Source of the DNA: Candidatus Saccharibacteria bacterium UBA5150
GTDB taxonomy: Bacteria; Patescibacteriota; Saccharimonadia; Saccharimonadales; UBA4665
DNA: 64,000 bases
Assembly (NCBI GenBank): GCA_002413795.1
Contig: DHXS01000009.1
Coordinates: 7,820-71,819, forward strand
Reading direction: 5' to 3'
Shown: piece after piece, positions 8,942-18,197 of the stretch
How positions within the stretch are numbered: position 1 is the first letter of the stretch
Layout of the letters: each line of letters opens with the position of its first letter
Position numbers and translations under genes: made by a program
Notes under the pieces: model-generated
The model's input: the letters and a program-made list of their open reading frames with translations, nothing else
What the model was told of the DNA's origin: nothing
Database searches by the model: none

Positions 8942-9928
8942 ATGGCACAGCATCATTTTGTACCTCAGACGTACCTTAGAGGATTCGCCACAGACGACGA
9001 CAGTGAGCGTGTTTACTTTTATGATCGACGGATTGCCAACAAGGGTGTTACAAAGCGTCTGATTCAGGACGTGTGCAGCCAGAACAACCTGTATCGTCTA
9101 CTCATGGACGATGGTAAATATAAAGACGACTTGGAGCAAGATTTTGCCACAATAGCCGAACCGACATTTAAGGAAATAGTAGTTAAGCTCCTGGACTGTG
9201 AGCCACTATCACCAGAAGAAAAGAGTGAGTTTGCAGCATATATTAGTCTACAGATAATTAGAACTCCTGCTTCAAGGGAAATGTATAACGCTATGTCTAC
9301 AGAAATCATGAACAGAGCCGCAAACAAACAGTGGGAGAAATTGCTTGATGACCAGGAAAGACAAAGAGTTATGAGTGAGGTGAAAGAAGAAACAGGCTTT
9401 GATACCGGTGTACTGACGAAGGAGGATATTCAAGGCATTATTGATGGCACGAAGTTTAAGACTACGTGGACAATTCCGAAGGAGAACTGGCTCAAGCATA
9501 CGATGGAAACTATGGGTATGATTTTCAGAGCCTTTGAGAGAATGCACTGGCGAGTGTATTTCGCTGCTCCTGGCACGGCTTTCATTACGTCTGATAATCC
9601 AGTATCAGTGCTTGTACCAAAGCCCGATGGATTTTATGTTGGTTCAGGCTTTCTGAACAGAGGTTCGATACGCTTCTTTCCGCTTGCGAAAAACGCCTGT
9701 TTAACGATTACTGATAACGAACCGTCTGGCTTCAGCTTTGCTGATGCTAACAAGCGTCGAGTTCAGCAGATAAATAATGTTACCGCATTGTCGCACCATA
9801 AGATTATAATTAGTCATAGCCCACAGCTACTTGCTCGATGGGTGAAGCGGATTCCTGACGGCTTCAGTCTTACCGAAGCGGTTAAGGATTACCAAGCCCA
9901 AGACATACTCATGGGTAAGTACGATTGA
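8942..9928 (+). CDS. DUF4238 domain protein
   Basis: N-terminal QHHFVPQTYLRGF, QIIRTP, FITSDNPV and FPL motifs. Confidence 0.85.
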   Translation: MAQHHFVPQTYLRGFATDDDSERVYFYDRRIANKGVTKRLIQDVCSQNNLYRLLMDDGKYKDDLEQDFATIAEPTFKEIVVKLLDCEPLSPEEKSEFAAYISLQIIRTPASREMYNAMSTEIMNRAANKQWEKLLDDQERQRVMSEVKEETGFDTGVLTKEDIQGIIDGTKFKTTWTIPKENWLKHTMETMGMIFRAFERMHWRVYFAAPGTAFITSDNPVSVLVPKPDGFYVGSGFLNRGSIRFFPLAKNACLTITDNEPSGFSFADANKRRVQQINNVTALSHHKIIISHSPQLLARWVKRIPDGFSLTEAVKDYQAQDILMGKYD

Positions 9929-10074
9929 ACAGGTGTTCAGGAAATGTATAGGGTTTTGCTAGTCAATCCCCTAATGATTTAGATTTAAGCAAGTCTGTAA
10001 AGGGTCTAGCGAGGGTAAACGAGGGCGATGGAGATAAGAATAAGGGGTGGAGTGCAAACTGGGGTGGACTACTG

Positions 10075-10584
10075 ATGAAAAGTTCTAGCATAATGCTTGT
10101 CACTGAAGTGCCGGAGATTGATCTGTTTGAGTGCCTGAAATACGACCAAATGCGGAACTTAGGTCAGCTACGAACGTACTTACCGCATCCGTATAAAGGT
10201 TACGTATACATACAGCTTTGCCGGTCAAGAGTACGCTACGGTTGGCGTATCTGGTTTCAAGCTCCCTGCTGTCAACGGCGAACGACCAAGCTGTACATTT
10301 ACGGCACTCGCATTGCTTGCCGACAATGCCTAGACCTGAAATACCCAAGCCAGTACCGAAAAGATGCATTTGGTAGGTCAGGTATGACCCACCGCAAGCT
10401 AGTTCGCTTACAGAAACAAAAACGCCGATTAGGATATGGCGACTACCCGACACGATTCGGGGTTCAGTATAAAAAGCTCATGAACGAGAGTGAGATACAG
10501 ACCATTGAGACGTTTAGCCTTTTACAGCAGAAGCGTATGAAGTTGGATTTCGAACTGGCACGTACCGAACTTGCCGACGGTTAG
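10075..10584 (+). CDS. Hypothetical Cys-motif (zinc-finger-like) protein
   Basis: GWRIWFQAPCCQRRTTKLY...CRQCLDLKYPSQ. Confidence 0.6.
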   Translation: MKSSSIMLVTEVPEIDLFECLKYDQMRNLGQLRTYLPHPYKGYVYIQLCRSRVRYGWRIWFQAPCCQRRTTKLYIYGTRIACRQCLDLKYPSQYRKDAFGRSGMTHRKLVRLQKQKRRLGYGDYPTRFGVQYKKLMNESEIQTIETFSLLQQKRMKLDFELARTELADG

Positions 10585-10699
10585 TTTATTACGTGTTCAC
10601 GAAGCTGTTAAACGTCTCCAGAGGCTTAAACCACTATTCATACCTCTGCACTGATAAAACGCAGTACAGAGAAAATATAGAGTGATAACGAAAAAACAG

Positions 10700-11695
10700 C
10701 TAGGCATTCTTCTTGTGTTTCTTGCCTCGCTTTTTAGCAGGGTCTAATTTGAAGCTGAATGAGCTTTCGCTAACAGTATCAGGTTGAAACGGACTGTCAT
10801 TATTTTTGATAATCTTCAGCAGGTCAAGTTGATCGAATAGCTTCATTTCGTACTCGCCATTACTGTATCGCCAGTTACCGATACCGACGATTTGTTCGAG
10901 CATTGGCGTAAGTATATGAACGAACGCCCATTTCTGTTCCCAGCGAGTGAAAGTGTAGTTTCGTTGCAGTTGCTTGTAGCCAGCGTGGTCTTTATCGCTA
11001 ACGTAGCTCAGAAACACTAGAGCGTCGTCTTTATCGACTTTCATGATCTCACCGAGGCTGAAACCGAACTCGTCGCTGAACATTGCCAGCCCATGCTTGT
11101 AGCTGTTATAGGCATAGCTTTTGAGTAAATCACGCCCGAAGTAATCGAGGAAGACTGATAGATTATCTAGGCTCTTGTCCCAGACCTTTTTTGGCACAGT
11201 CTTTGGCTTATCAGTACGGCTGTAGAAAATCAAGCTCAGGCCAGTCTTGTGATCCACCGTGAAGTATTCCTGTTTGGTAAATGATTCGACGTCGGCCTTA
11301 AACTCCGAAAAGTTGTTGTTAATCGTTAGTTCGACCCAGGGGCAGTCTTTCGCTCGAACGTGAGCGAACATTATGCGGAATAGAGTCTCGATAGCATGAA
11401 AGTACGTTGTGGCGATCTCAGCCTTGAGGTTCTGTTCCAGTTTGTCTGATAGCAATTTAGCATCTTGCTCATCGTCGATTTTGACTCGTAATCGCTTAAA
11501 CGATACGCCCTGCTTGAGAATGTCTGTTGTAGATTTAGGATTGCCAAGCAATGCTAGAAGGTAAAAGCACTTCTGCAAAAAGTATTGAGTGTCGAATGAA
11601 ACGTAAAACTGCTTATTCAGTTTTGCGATTTCGGCAGATACTTTAGGGTCTTGCTTTGTCATTGCTTCAGTTGGCATTTGGTATGATTTTACCAT
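10700..11695 (-). CDS. Hypothetical protein, possible HEPN-like
   Basis: 331-aa ORF, mostly helical by composition, with YNSYKHG motif. Confidence 0.55.
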   Translation of the reverse strand: MVKSYQMPTEAMTKQDPKVSAEIAKLNKQFYVSFDTQYFLQKCFYLLALLGNPKSTTDILKQGVSFKRLRVKIDDEQDAKLLSDKLEQNLKAEIATTYFHAIETLFRIMFAHVRAKDCPWVELTINNNFSEFKADVESFTKQEYFTVDHKTGLSLIFYSRTDKPKTVPKKVWDKSLDNLSVFLDYFGRDLLKSYAYNSYKHGLAMFSDEFGFSLGEIMKVDKDDALVFLSYVSDKDHAGYKQLQRNYTFTRWEQKWAFVHILTPMLEQIVGIGNWRYSNGEYEMKLFDQLDLLKIIKNNDSPFQPDTVSESSFSFKLDPAKKRGKKHKKNA

Positions 11696-11738
11696 TTTTG
11701 ACTTGCCAAAATAAACGACTTATGCTATGATAGCAAAC

Positions 11739-12818
11739 ATGACAGAACAACTACGCCCACAAGAAACCCAAGTATCACCAGAGCAAGTATTACAAGCTGG
11801 TTCTGAGTTCCTACAGCACTTCGGTGTTGAAGTAAGTCCTACTGAGCAACCAGACCAATTTATGGAAGCTATGAAGCAGTTAGACCCTCGTTATGAAGGT
11901 GGTCGTGAGTTGGTTCGCTATGAACTAGCTGAAGACCAGCGTGAATGGCCCGAAGAAACTAAGCAAGTAATTATGAACGGTGCTGAAAGCATGGGAATGC
12001 TGAAGCCCGAAACCCCTCTAGTTGGTGATATTGATGTTGTTATCGCTCTTGGTGGAGCTAACCAGCAAAACCACGAACGCCCTCGTTATGCACTTGAGGC
12101 TATGAAAAAGGGCGAAGCCACATTTAAGCAGTTAGTAATTGCTGGCTCAAGCCGTAAATTAAAAGAAGGCGAACAAAAGAATACTGCAAATTATGCTCCT
12201 GGTGCTGAAACTGAGTTTGACCTTTGTGTCGCTGGCGCAGCCATGCTTGCAAAGGAATATCCAGGTGTTCCAATTAGCGTATTGTTCGTAGATGATGAAA
12301 AAGCTGGCACACCTGACGTTATTGAGGGTGTCTTAGCAGCCGAACAAGCTAACGGTACTCTACAGCCAAACAGTCGTGTTGCTGCGATAACTACTCAAAT
12401 CTACCAAGAATCAACAGAACTTGACCTTGCACGTGTATCAAACAAGTTTGGTATTGCTGAGACTCAAACTGCTGGCATTCCTTCACCTGCTAAAACCATT
12501 GAGGGTCGTACCCCTGCTACTTATAAGAGCGAGATTATACGAACTCTTAAAGCTGCTGCCAATGGAGCAGTAGCTGAAAAAGTTGCAAAAGTTGCTCATG
12601 CTGAAAAAGTCGGTCAAATTGCTACAGCTACGGCGGCTAATCGTGCAGAACAGATAAAAATTGCCAATGCAAATAACGCTAATAACTCAGATATGCTACT
12701 TGATGAGAACGGAGTAGACCAGTGGGGATTTACTCTTGAGGATCATGAAGCTGGAAGATATCGTAGTGGTGGTCTTGTCTACAATGGCTGGAATGACCCA
12801 GGAATGTACGACGAGTAG
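11739..12818 (+). CDS. Hypothetical protein (possible YdcF/DUF218-like Rossmannoid fold)
   Basis: VVIALGGA..., AAITTQIY. Promoter TTGCCA-17-TATGAT ends 7 nt before ATG 11739. Confidence 0.55.
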   Translation: MTEQLRPQETQVSPEQVLQAGSEFLQHFGVEVSPTEQPDQFMEAMKQLDPRYEGGRELVRYELAEDQREWPEETKQVIMNGAESMGMLKPETPLVGDIDVVIALGGANQQNHERPRYALEAMKKGEATFKQLVIAGSSRKLKEGEQKNTANYAPGAETEFDLCVAGAAMLAKEYPGVPISVLFVDDEKAGTPDVIEGVLAAEQANGTLQPNSRVAAITTQIYQESTELDLARVSNKFGIAETQTAGIPSPAKTIEGRTPATYKSEIIRTLKAAANGAVAEKVAKVAHAEKVGQIATATAANRAEQIKIANANNANNSDMLLDENGVDQWGFTLEDHEAGRYRSGGLVYNGWNDPGMYDE

Positions 12819-12909
12819 ATATCCCACAGTGTCCTGTTAGTAAGATGTGTAATATAGTACTGTTTTAACCGATTATTAGTGCTAGTTAAGATGCAAGGAG
12901 ATATAAGTT

Positions 12910-13182
12910 ATGAGCGGAGAAGGCCAACCAAGATTTGATATTGAAGCTGAACGAGCAAGGTATGAAGCTGTGCCAGAGTTTCAAGAACTACAGGCACAAG
13001 TTCCTGACGCTTTAGAAATGGTTACTTCAACTCGTGGTGAAGAAGGTTTACGAGGTCAAGAACTTGCTGATTATTGGGACAATATAGGCAAAGATTCGGG
13101 TGGTTTTTATGATGACATTAGAGAGAATGGCTGCTCAAGCTGTGGCTCTCACACACCTGGCTGTTGCGACGGTTGCGCATAA
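12910..13182 (+). CDS. Small acidic protein with Cys-rich C-terminus
   Basis: AAGGAG Shine-Dalgarno; ends CSSCGSHTPGCCDGCA. Confidence 0.6.
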   Translation: MSGEGQPRFDIEAERARYEAVPEFQELQAQVPDALEMVTSTRGEEGLRGQELADYWDNIGKDSGGFYDDIRENGCSSCGSHTPGCCDGCA

Positions 13183-13214
13183 GCTAGTTACATCATCAAT
13201 AAACTAGGCTTATA

Positions 13215-14075
13215 ATGTCTGAAGTGTCTAAAACGCCAGAAAACTCTTACAACCAATTCTTTGAAGAAGCCCTATATCAACCTGTGCCTGACATGGGTGA
13301 ACTACGAGAGCGTAAAAAGGGGTATAACGAGCTGTCTATTGATACGATTAACCCCTTGTTCACTGAGCCTGTCGTTGATATTGCCGACTATGACATCGCT
13401 GGGCAAGCCTACTATTCACGATCTAACGCCACAACAGAAGAGACTGTACTTGGTGTGCCGACTAGCTTATATCTTCGCAAGTCAATAGCTGAGACGTTGG
13501 CTAAGATAAACGCCTCTTTGCAAAATCCTGCTGTTGCGAAGTTCTTTGATGGAGAGGTTGAGCTTTACGTTGAGGATGCTCTGCGACCTGTATCACTGCA
13601 AACACGTCTCCACGATGAGCTTATACCAACACTCCTGCATAAAAATCACCCCGAAATGAGCGATGACGAGATTGCCGATCGTATCAAGGATATTATCGCC
13701 GTACCTTCAACTGACCTGAAAAAGCCTTCACCGCACTCGACTGGCGGTGCTTTGGATATAATCTTGAGGTACAGACAGCCCTTGCCTGGCTATGTTGACG
13801 GAGTTAGTATATCCGTTGGACACGTTGACGGTGAAACCAGTACGAGGATAAATCCTGATTACTTTGAGCAACATGAGCCACAATCTGATGAAGACAAGCT
13901 GGCTCAACGCAACCGCCGTGCTTATTATGCGATTATGACTGGTGCTGCATTTGGTACTGAGACAGGTTTAGTAAATAACCCGACCGAGTGGTGGCATTGG
14001 GGTAGAGGCGACCAGCTTTCCGCAAAGGTACACGGCGATTATACAGCTTACTACTCTCTAGTAGAACCGTCCTGA
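13215..14075 (+). CDS. D-alanyl-D-alanine dipeptidase (M15D/VanX-like)
   Basis: YLRK, DALRP..LQ, SPHSTGGALD and EWWHW motifs. Confidence 0.85.
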   Translation: MSEVSKTPENSYNQFFEEALYQPVPDMGELRERKKGYNELSIDTINPLFTEPVVDIADYDIAGQAYYSRSNATTEETVLGVPTSLYLRKSIAETLAKINASLQNPAVAKFFDGEVELYVEDALRPVSLQTRLHDELIPTLLHKNHPEMSDDEIADRIKDIIAVPSTDLKKPSPHSTGGALDIILRYRQPLPGYVDGVSISVGHVDGETSTRINPDYFEQHEPQSDEDKLAQRNRRAYYAIMTGAAFGTETGLVNNPTEWWHWGRGDQLSAKVHGDYTAYYSLVEPS

Positions 14076-14325
14076 CCTACCGTCCAGCTTTATCACTAGT
14101 GTACTTGTACTTGTTATCAGGTAGAGCTGGCAAGAAAACGGAATCAAAAGCAGTAGAAGCCTGATACGCACATTTTATTAACCGCTAAAATTAGTTCAGC
14201 TTGCCGATCATATTGTAGTTAGTTATTGTGGTAAAAAACTTTTGTTTACCCATGTTAAAAACATTGACATCAGTGTGGTCAAAGTTACAATAATACATAC
14301 ACACACTAAATAGCAGGAGGCAACC

Positions 14326-15282
14326 GTGCAGCAAAAAATGTTAAAAAATGAGGTAAAGGCTCTAGTGCCATTTTCACCGTCATTGTTAAAGTCAGCAATT
14401 CAGAAGTCAGTACGGAGAGGCGACGTAGACAAGGCAGTCAGGACAGCCAAGAGTCTTATCCAATTAAACGAAGTCGATGCGTTGCGTAGGCTCATGATAA
14501 TCCCAGTGGAAGACTGTATATTGCCACCGGATTACGATAAATACGCAGCCATGCTTACTAAGGTTAGCGCAAAAGGCAGCCAGCCATTGACTGAAGATGA
14601 AAAGACTTCGGCACTTTCAATAATTGGAGACGTAGCCTGGTGTGAATGGCGTGACCTGGATGTTGGCAATCTGGATGATGAGGGCAAAGATTACGCTATG
14701 CAACCAGTTCAAGGCAATAAAGAGAACGATCTGGTAAACGCCCTGCTCTACAGGGCTAGAGCTGGTGGCTCTCGGTGGGATGTGCCAATGTTAAATCAGA
14801 TGGCTAGAGTGTGGAACAAACGGTTCGCTGAAAAGAGTTGGGATATTGAAAAAATGAAGTCGTATTTTACTGGCAAAGTCATCAACTGGAACGATGTTCC
14901 TTACGCAACCGTAGACGACATCATGCTTGAAGCGGTAGATTTTCACTGCAGTGGCATACTGTACACTCTTTTGAAGATAGATTGGATAAAAGACCTATTG
15001 AGAAAAGAGATACCGTTTAATAAAAGGAATTGGTTAGGCTCTGATATGAGCTACGTTAATCTGTTAGAACAGATAATGTGGACTACCAGATCGAGCATCA
15101 ATTACAAGAAAAATATATGGGAAACTCAGGTTGGCAAAGACCAGCCGGTTAGTTGGCTGTGGGCTGATAACGTACCGGAAGCAATGTGGCCGGTGTATGA
15201 GCATATAACAGAGGCGATACGTGAAGAAACAGATAACATCAGTCGATGGATTATTCGCACACAAGGTGAAAAGGTGTTATGA
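14326..15282 (+). CDS. Hypothetical protein with MgsA/RarA C-terminal-like motif
   Basis: KSAIQKSVRRGD...RRLMIIPVED; TTGACA/TACAAT promoter and AGGAGG Shine-Dalgarno upstream. Confidence 0.6.
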   Translation: MQQKMLKNEVKALVPFSPSLLKSAIQKSVRRGDVDKAVRTAKSLIQLNEVDALRRLMIIPVEDCILPPDYDKYAAMLTKVSAKGSQPLTEDEKTSALSIIGDVAWCEWRDLDVGNLDDEGKDYAMQPVQGNKENDLVNALLYRARAGGSRWDVPMLNQMARVWNKRFAEKSWDIEKMKSYFTGKVINWNDVPYATVDDIMLEAVDFHCSGILYTLLKIDWIKDLLRKEIPFNKRNWLGSDMSYVNLLEQIMWTTRSSINYKKNIWETQVGKDQPVSWLWADNVPEAMWPVYEHITEAIREETDNISRWIIRTQGEKVL

Positions 15283-16169
15283 CCACTGACTTAGTGTCGA
15301 TGCCAAAACGCAACGTAGATGACATCATCGGTGCGTTAGATGTCAGCCAGAACACCAGGGATGAATACAAGAACCGAATCAAGCCATTCCTGGCGTTCGT
15401 GCAAGCCGAAGGTTTGTCGCTGAACGTGCTACTGGAATACAAACGAACTCTGAGCGCTCGTGAGGATTATAGCGTGTCTACTCGCAACAAATACCTGGCA
15501 ACAGCTAGGGTGTTTATGAAAGAATGCTATTGCCTCGGCATTGTGGATCGTGATGTAACGTCAAATGTACGGAGCTTCAAGCAAGACCGGCAACATAAGG
15601 TCACCGGCCTGACTAATGAGGAGGTGTTGCTAATCTGTGTGTGGCTTCGTCAGAACCCTGAAAAGCTGCGTGAACGTGCATTACTCTGTCTACTGCTGTT
15701 CCAGGGGCTGAGACAGGCCGAAATCTGCAATATAAGGCTCAGGGACGTTGATCTGAAAGAAGGTACAATGTTTATACTCGGTAAGGGTCGGGATGACTAT
15801 GAACGAGTACATCTGCACCCGAACACCACTAGAGCGTTGAGACGCTTTTGCCGAAGCCTCAAGTTACAATCCGGTGATTACTTGTTCACTAGCAAACGAA
15901 GGCAAAGCAAAGCCGTGAAGCTCACTACCAGAGGTTTGCAAGGTATTGTTAAGGGGGTTTTTGAGGAATTAGGTATTGACCGAACCGTTCATGGTTGCCG
16001 TCATTTCCATGCCTCAAAGCTCATACAAGCTATGCCAGGCGAATTATCAGTGGTTGCCCGATTTACTAGGCATAGAAGCCTCGAAACTCTCAGAATATAC
16101 GATGATAACCGGCTAATGCTAAGGGACGTTGAACACTACCGGAGAGCCTTCAGTGATCTCAAAATATAG
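15279..16169 (+). CDS. Tyrosine recombinase/integrase
   Basis: GLRQAEI, GKG, HGCRH, RH..LETLRIY catalytic residues. Confidence 0.9.
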   Translation: MTTDLVSMPKRNVDDIIGALDVSQNTRDEYKNRIKPFLAFVQAEGLSLNVLLEYKRTLSAREDYSVSTRNKYLATARVFMKECYCLGIVDRDVTSNVRSFKQDRQHKVTGLTNEEVLLICVWLRQNPEKLRERALLCLLLFQGLRQAEICNIRLRDVDLKEGTMFILGKGRDDYERVHLHPNTTRALRRFCRSLKLQSGDYLFTSKRRQSKAVKLTTRGLQGIVKGVFEELGIDRTVHGCRHFHASKLIQAMPGELSVVARFTRHRSLETLRIYDDNRLMLRDVEHYRRAFSDLKI

Positions 16170-16175
16170 CCACTT

Positions 16176-16203
16176 ATTTCGCATAATACTCATTACACGA
16201 AAT
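16176..16203. other. dif-like tyrosine recombinase site
   Basis: ATTTCGCATAA-TACTCA-TTACACGAAAT: 11-6-11 architecture with near-symmetric arms. Confidence 0.6.
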
Positions 16204-16264
16204 AACCTGAATCTTTTTACCAGCACTGTTTTACAGCTATAATTAAGGTAATTGGAGGCAACCA

Positions 16265-17971
16265 GTGGACGACGGCAACAAAGCTAAAGATTATATTATT
16301 CAGACTATTCGGGACATGATAGGTGAAGACCAGGATGAAATCGCCTTCTCGGAACTTAAATACGTGCTGTACGCTCGTAAATCTACAACCGGCAAGAATA
16401 AGAAGAACCGTGAACGCCAAGAACAGTCGATTCCTTCACAGATTAAAGCCTGTAAAGAAGCTGCTATGCGTGACCCAAAAATCCATATTGCAAAGATCAT
16501 CATCGAGAAACGCTCTGCCAAAGAGCCTGGCATCAGGAAAAAGTTCAACAAAATTATCGACCAGATTAAAGTTGGCACTTATGATGGCATAATTACGTAC
16601 GCCCCTGATCGTCTCGCCAGAAACATGAAGGAAGGAGGTGAAATTATAGATATGCTCGACCGGCGTGAGATTAAAGACCTCAGGTTCGCCACATACAGTT
16701 TCGAGAACACTCCGATGGGTAAGATGCTACTTGGCGTGTCATTCGTATTGTCTAAGCAGTATTCCGACCATCTGAGCGTTGTGGTAAAGCGTGGCAACAA
16801 AGATGCAATAGAGGTAGCCAACTTTATCGGTAAGTTTAAGCATGGGTACTACAAGAATAAGGATGGCCGGCTTTATCCTGACATGACTAACGGTAATTGG
16901 GAGCTTATAAAAAACGTGTTCGATATGCGTCTGAATGATAACGCAACAGGTACTGAGCTGGCTAAGTACCTGAACAGGAACGGTTATGAAATCCACCGAG
17001 CTGATGGGAGACATAAGTACATATTTACCGACAAACGTGTGTCAGAGATGCTGCGTGACCCATTTTACGCCGGTATTCTGGTTTACGGTTCTCAGATCAT
17101 AGATTTGCAGGAGGTTTACGATTTCACGCCCATAATTGAGCCTGACGATTTTCTGAAGATCAATAAGGCTGACAGTTTCCTAAACACTAACTTCCGATTG
17201 GCTCGGAAAGCTCTAACACCGGTGGGAGTTAGTGCTAACATGATGAACGGCATGATTATCTGTAACGACTGTAAAGAGCCGATGTCTGCCGGTATAATGA
17301 AGAAGTACCAGGGTTCTGGCGACAGTAAAAGGCTCATCGAACTTCGACTGTTGTACCGTTGCGATACAGAAGACTGCAGGTTCTTTAACAAGTCGTGCCG
17401 AGCCAAGTATGTTACTGACTTCATTTATGATTTTCTGGACAAGCACAAGTTTACCAGCAGAGAGGAATATGAGCATTACCTGGAAGATATGACCGAGGAA
17501 GTCGAGCGCAAGACAGCAGATATTACGCAGGAAATAAGATCGCTCATACGCCAGCGAACTGAAAAAGATAAAGATTACAAAAATACCAAAGCTCTGCTTA
17601 GAGAGGAGCCGGAGGAAGCTAAGCACTTTAAGGACGACTTGGATGAGCTGAAGGCAGACCTAAAGTCTATTAACGATGATATTGATACTAACGAGAAGCT
17701 GAAAGTCGAGCTGAGCGATACAAAGCTCAATTATGAGGAATATCTTGAACTTTTTGGAAAAGTGACCGATCTACTCAAGAAAACTTACTATATTGATGAC
17801 AAGGATGCGATTATCCGAAAGTTCTACTTGAACTTCACGGTTCAGGGCGAAATGCAGCCGAGCGGAAAGCAAGTAAAACAGTGGTCAGTAGTCGATTATG
17901 AGCTTGCTGAACCATTCGCTACATTCGTAAAAACCCATAATTCCCTGTCTGGTCGGGGTGACAGGACTTGA
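16265..17971 (+). CDS. Large serine recombinase (island integrase)
   Basis: YVLYARKS, SAK, DRLARN, recombinase domain, CxxC...C zinc ribbon and coiled coil; the stop codon lies inside the tRNA. Confidence 0.92.
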   Translation: MDDGNKAKDYIIQTIRDMIGEDQDEIAFSELKYVLYARKSTTGKNKKNRERQEQSIPSQIKACKEAAMRDPKIHIAKIIIEKRSAKEPGIRKKFNKIIDQIKVGTYDGIITYAPDRLARNMKEGGEIIDMLDRREIKDLRFATYSFENTPMGKMLLGVSFVLSKQYSDHLSVVVKRGNKDAIEVANFIGKFKHGYYKNKDGRLYPDMTNGNWELIKNVFDMRLNDNATGTELAKYLNRNGYEIHRADGRHKYIFTDKRVSEMLRDPFYAGILVYGSQIIDLQEVYDFTPIIEPDDFLKINKADSFLNTNFRLARKALTPVGVSANMMNGMIICNDCKEPMSAGIMKKYQGSGDSKRLIELRLLYRCDTEDCRFFNKSCRAKYVTDFIYDFLDKHKFTSREEYEHYLEDMTEEVERKTADITQEIRSLIRQRTEKDKDYKNTKALLREEPEEAKHFKDDLDELKADLKSINDDIDTNEKLKVELSDTKLNYEEYLELFGKVTDLLKKTYYIDDKDAIIRKFYLNFTVQGEMQPSGKQVKQWSVVDYELAEPFATFVKTHNSLSGRGDRT

Positions 17972-18025
17972 ACCTGCGACCTCACGGCCCCCAGCCGTAC
18001 GCGCTACCAACTGCGCCACACCCCG
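17950..18025 (-). tRNA. tRNA-Pro(GGG)
   Basis: CGGGGTGTGGCGCAGTTGGTAGCGCG...CTGGGGG...GGTTCAAGTCC...CACCCCGACCA. Confidence 0.95.
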
Positions 18026-18042
18026 AAGTCTTGTGGCATGAA

Positions 18043-18193
18043 TAGAGTCGGGCACCGGGTTTGATCACCTGAGGGATCCCAGGTGGGTGCCCGCACGTCC
18101 CGACCACGGTCGGCACAAATATTGGACTCCCTAATGATTAATATCAGATAATCATTCGCCCGGCGGGGGCTTATTAGGCCCTGCCCGACCCTA
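18043..18193 (-). ncRNA. ssrS: 6S RNA
   Basis: Terminal helix TAGGGTCGGGCA/TGCCCGACTCTA; internal GGGAG and GGCACCCACCTG motifs; TATAAT at 18202-18197. Confidence 0.8.
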
Positions 18194-18197
18194 GCCA

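Larger units (their letters stand above)
8528..17956. mobile_element. Genomic island integrated at the 3' end of tRNA-Pro(GGG)
   Basis: TGGTCGG direct repeats at 8528-8534 and 17950-17956; visibly more AT-rich than the flanks; encodes serine and tyrosine recombinases. Confidence 0.85.

Noticed and set aside
13215..14075. Vancomycin resistance cluster
   Set aside because: Only a VanX-like gene is present; no ligase, dehydrogenase or regulator.
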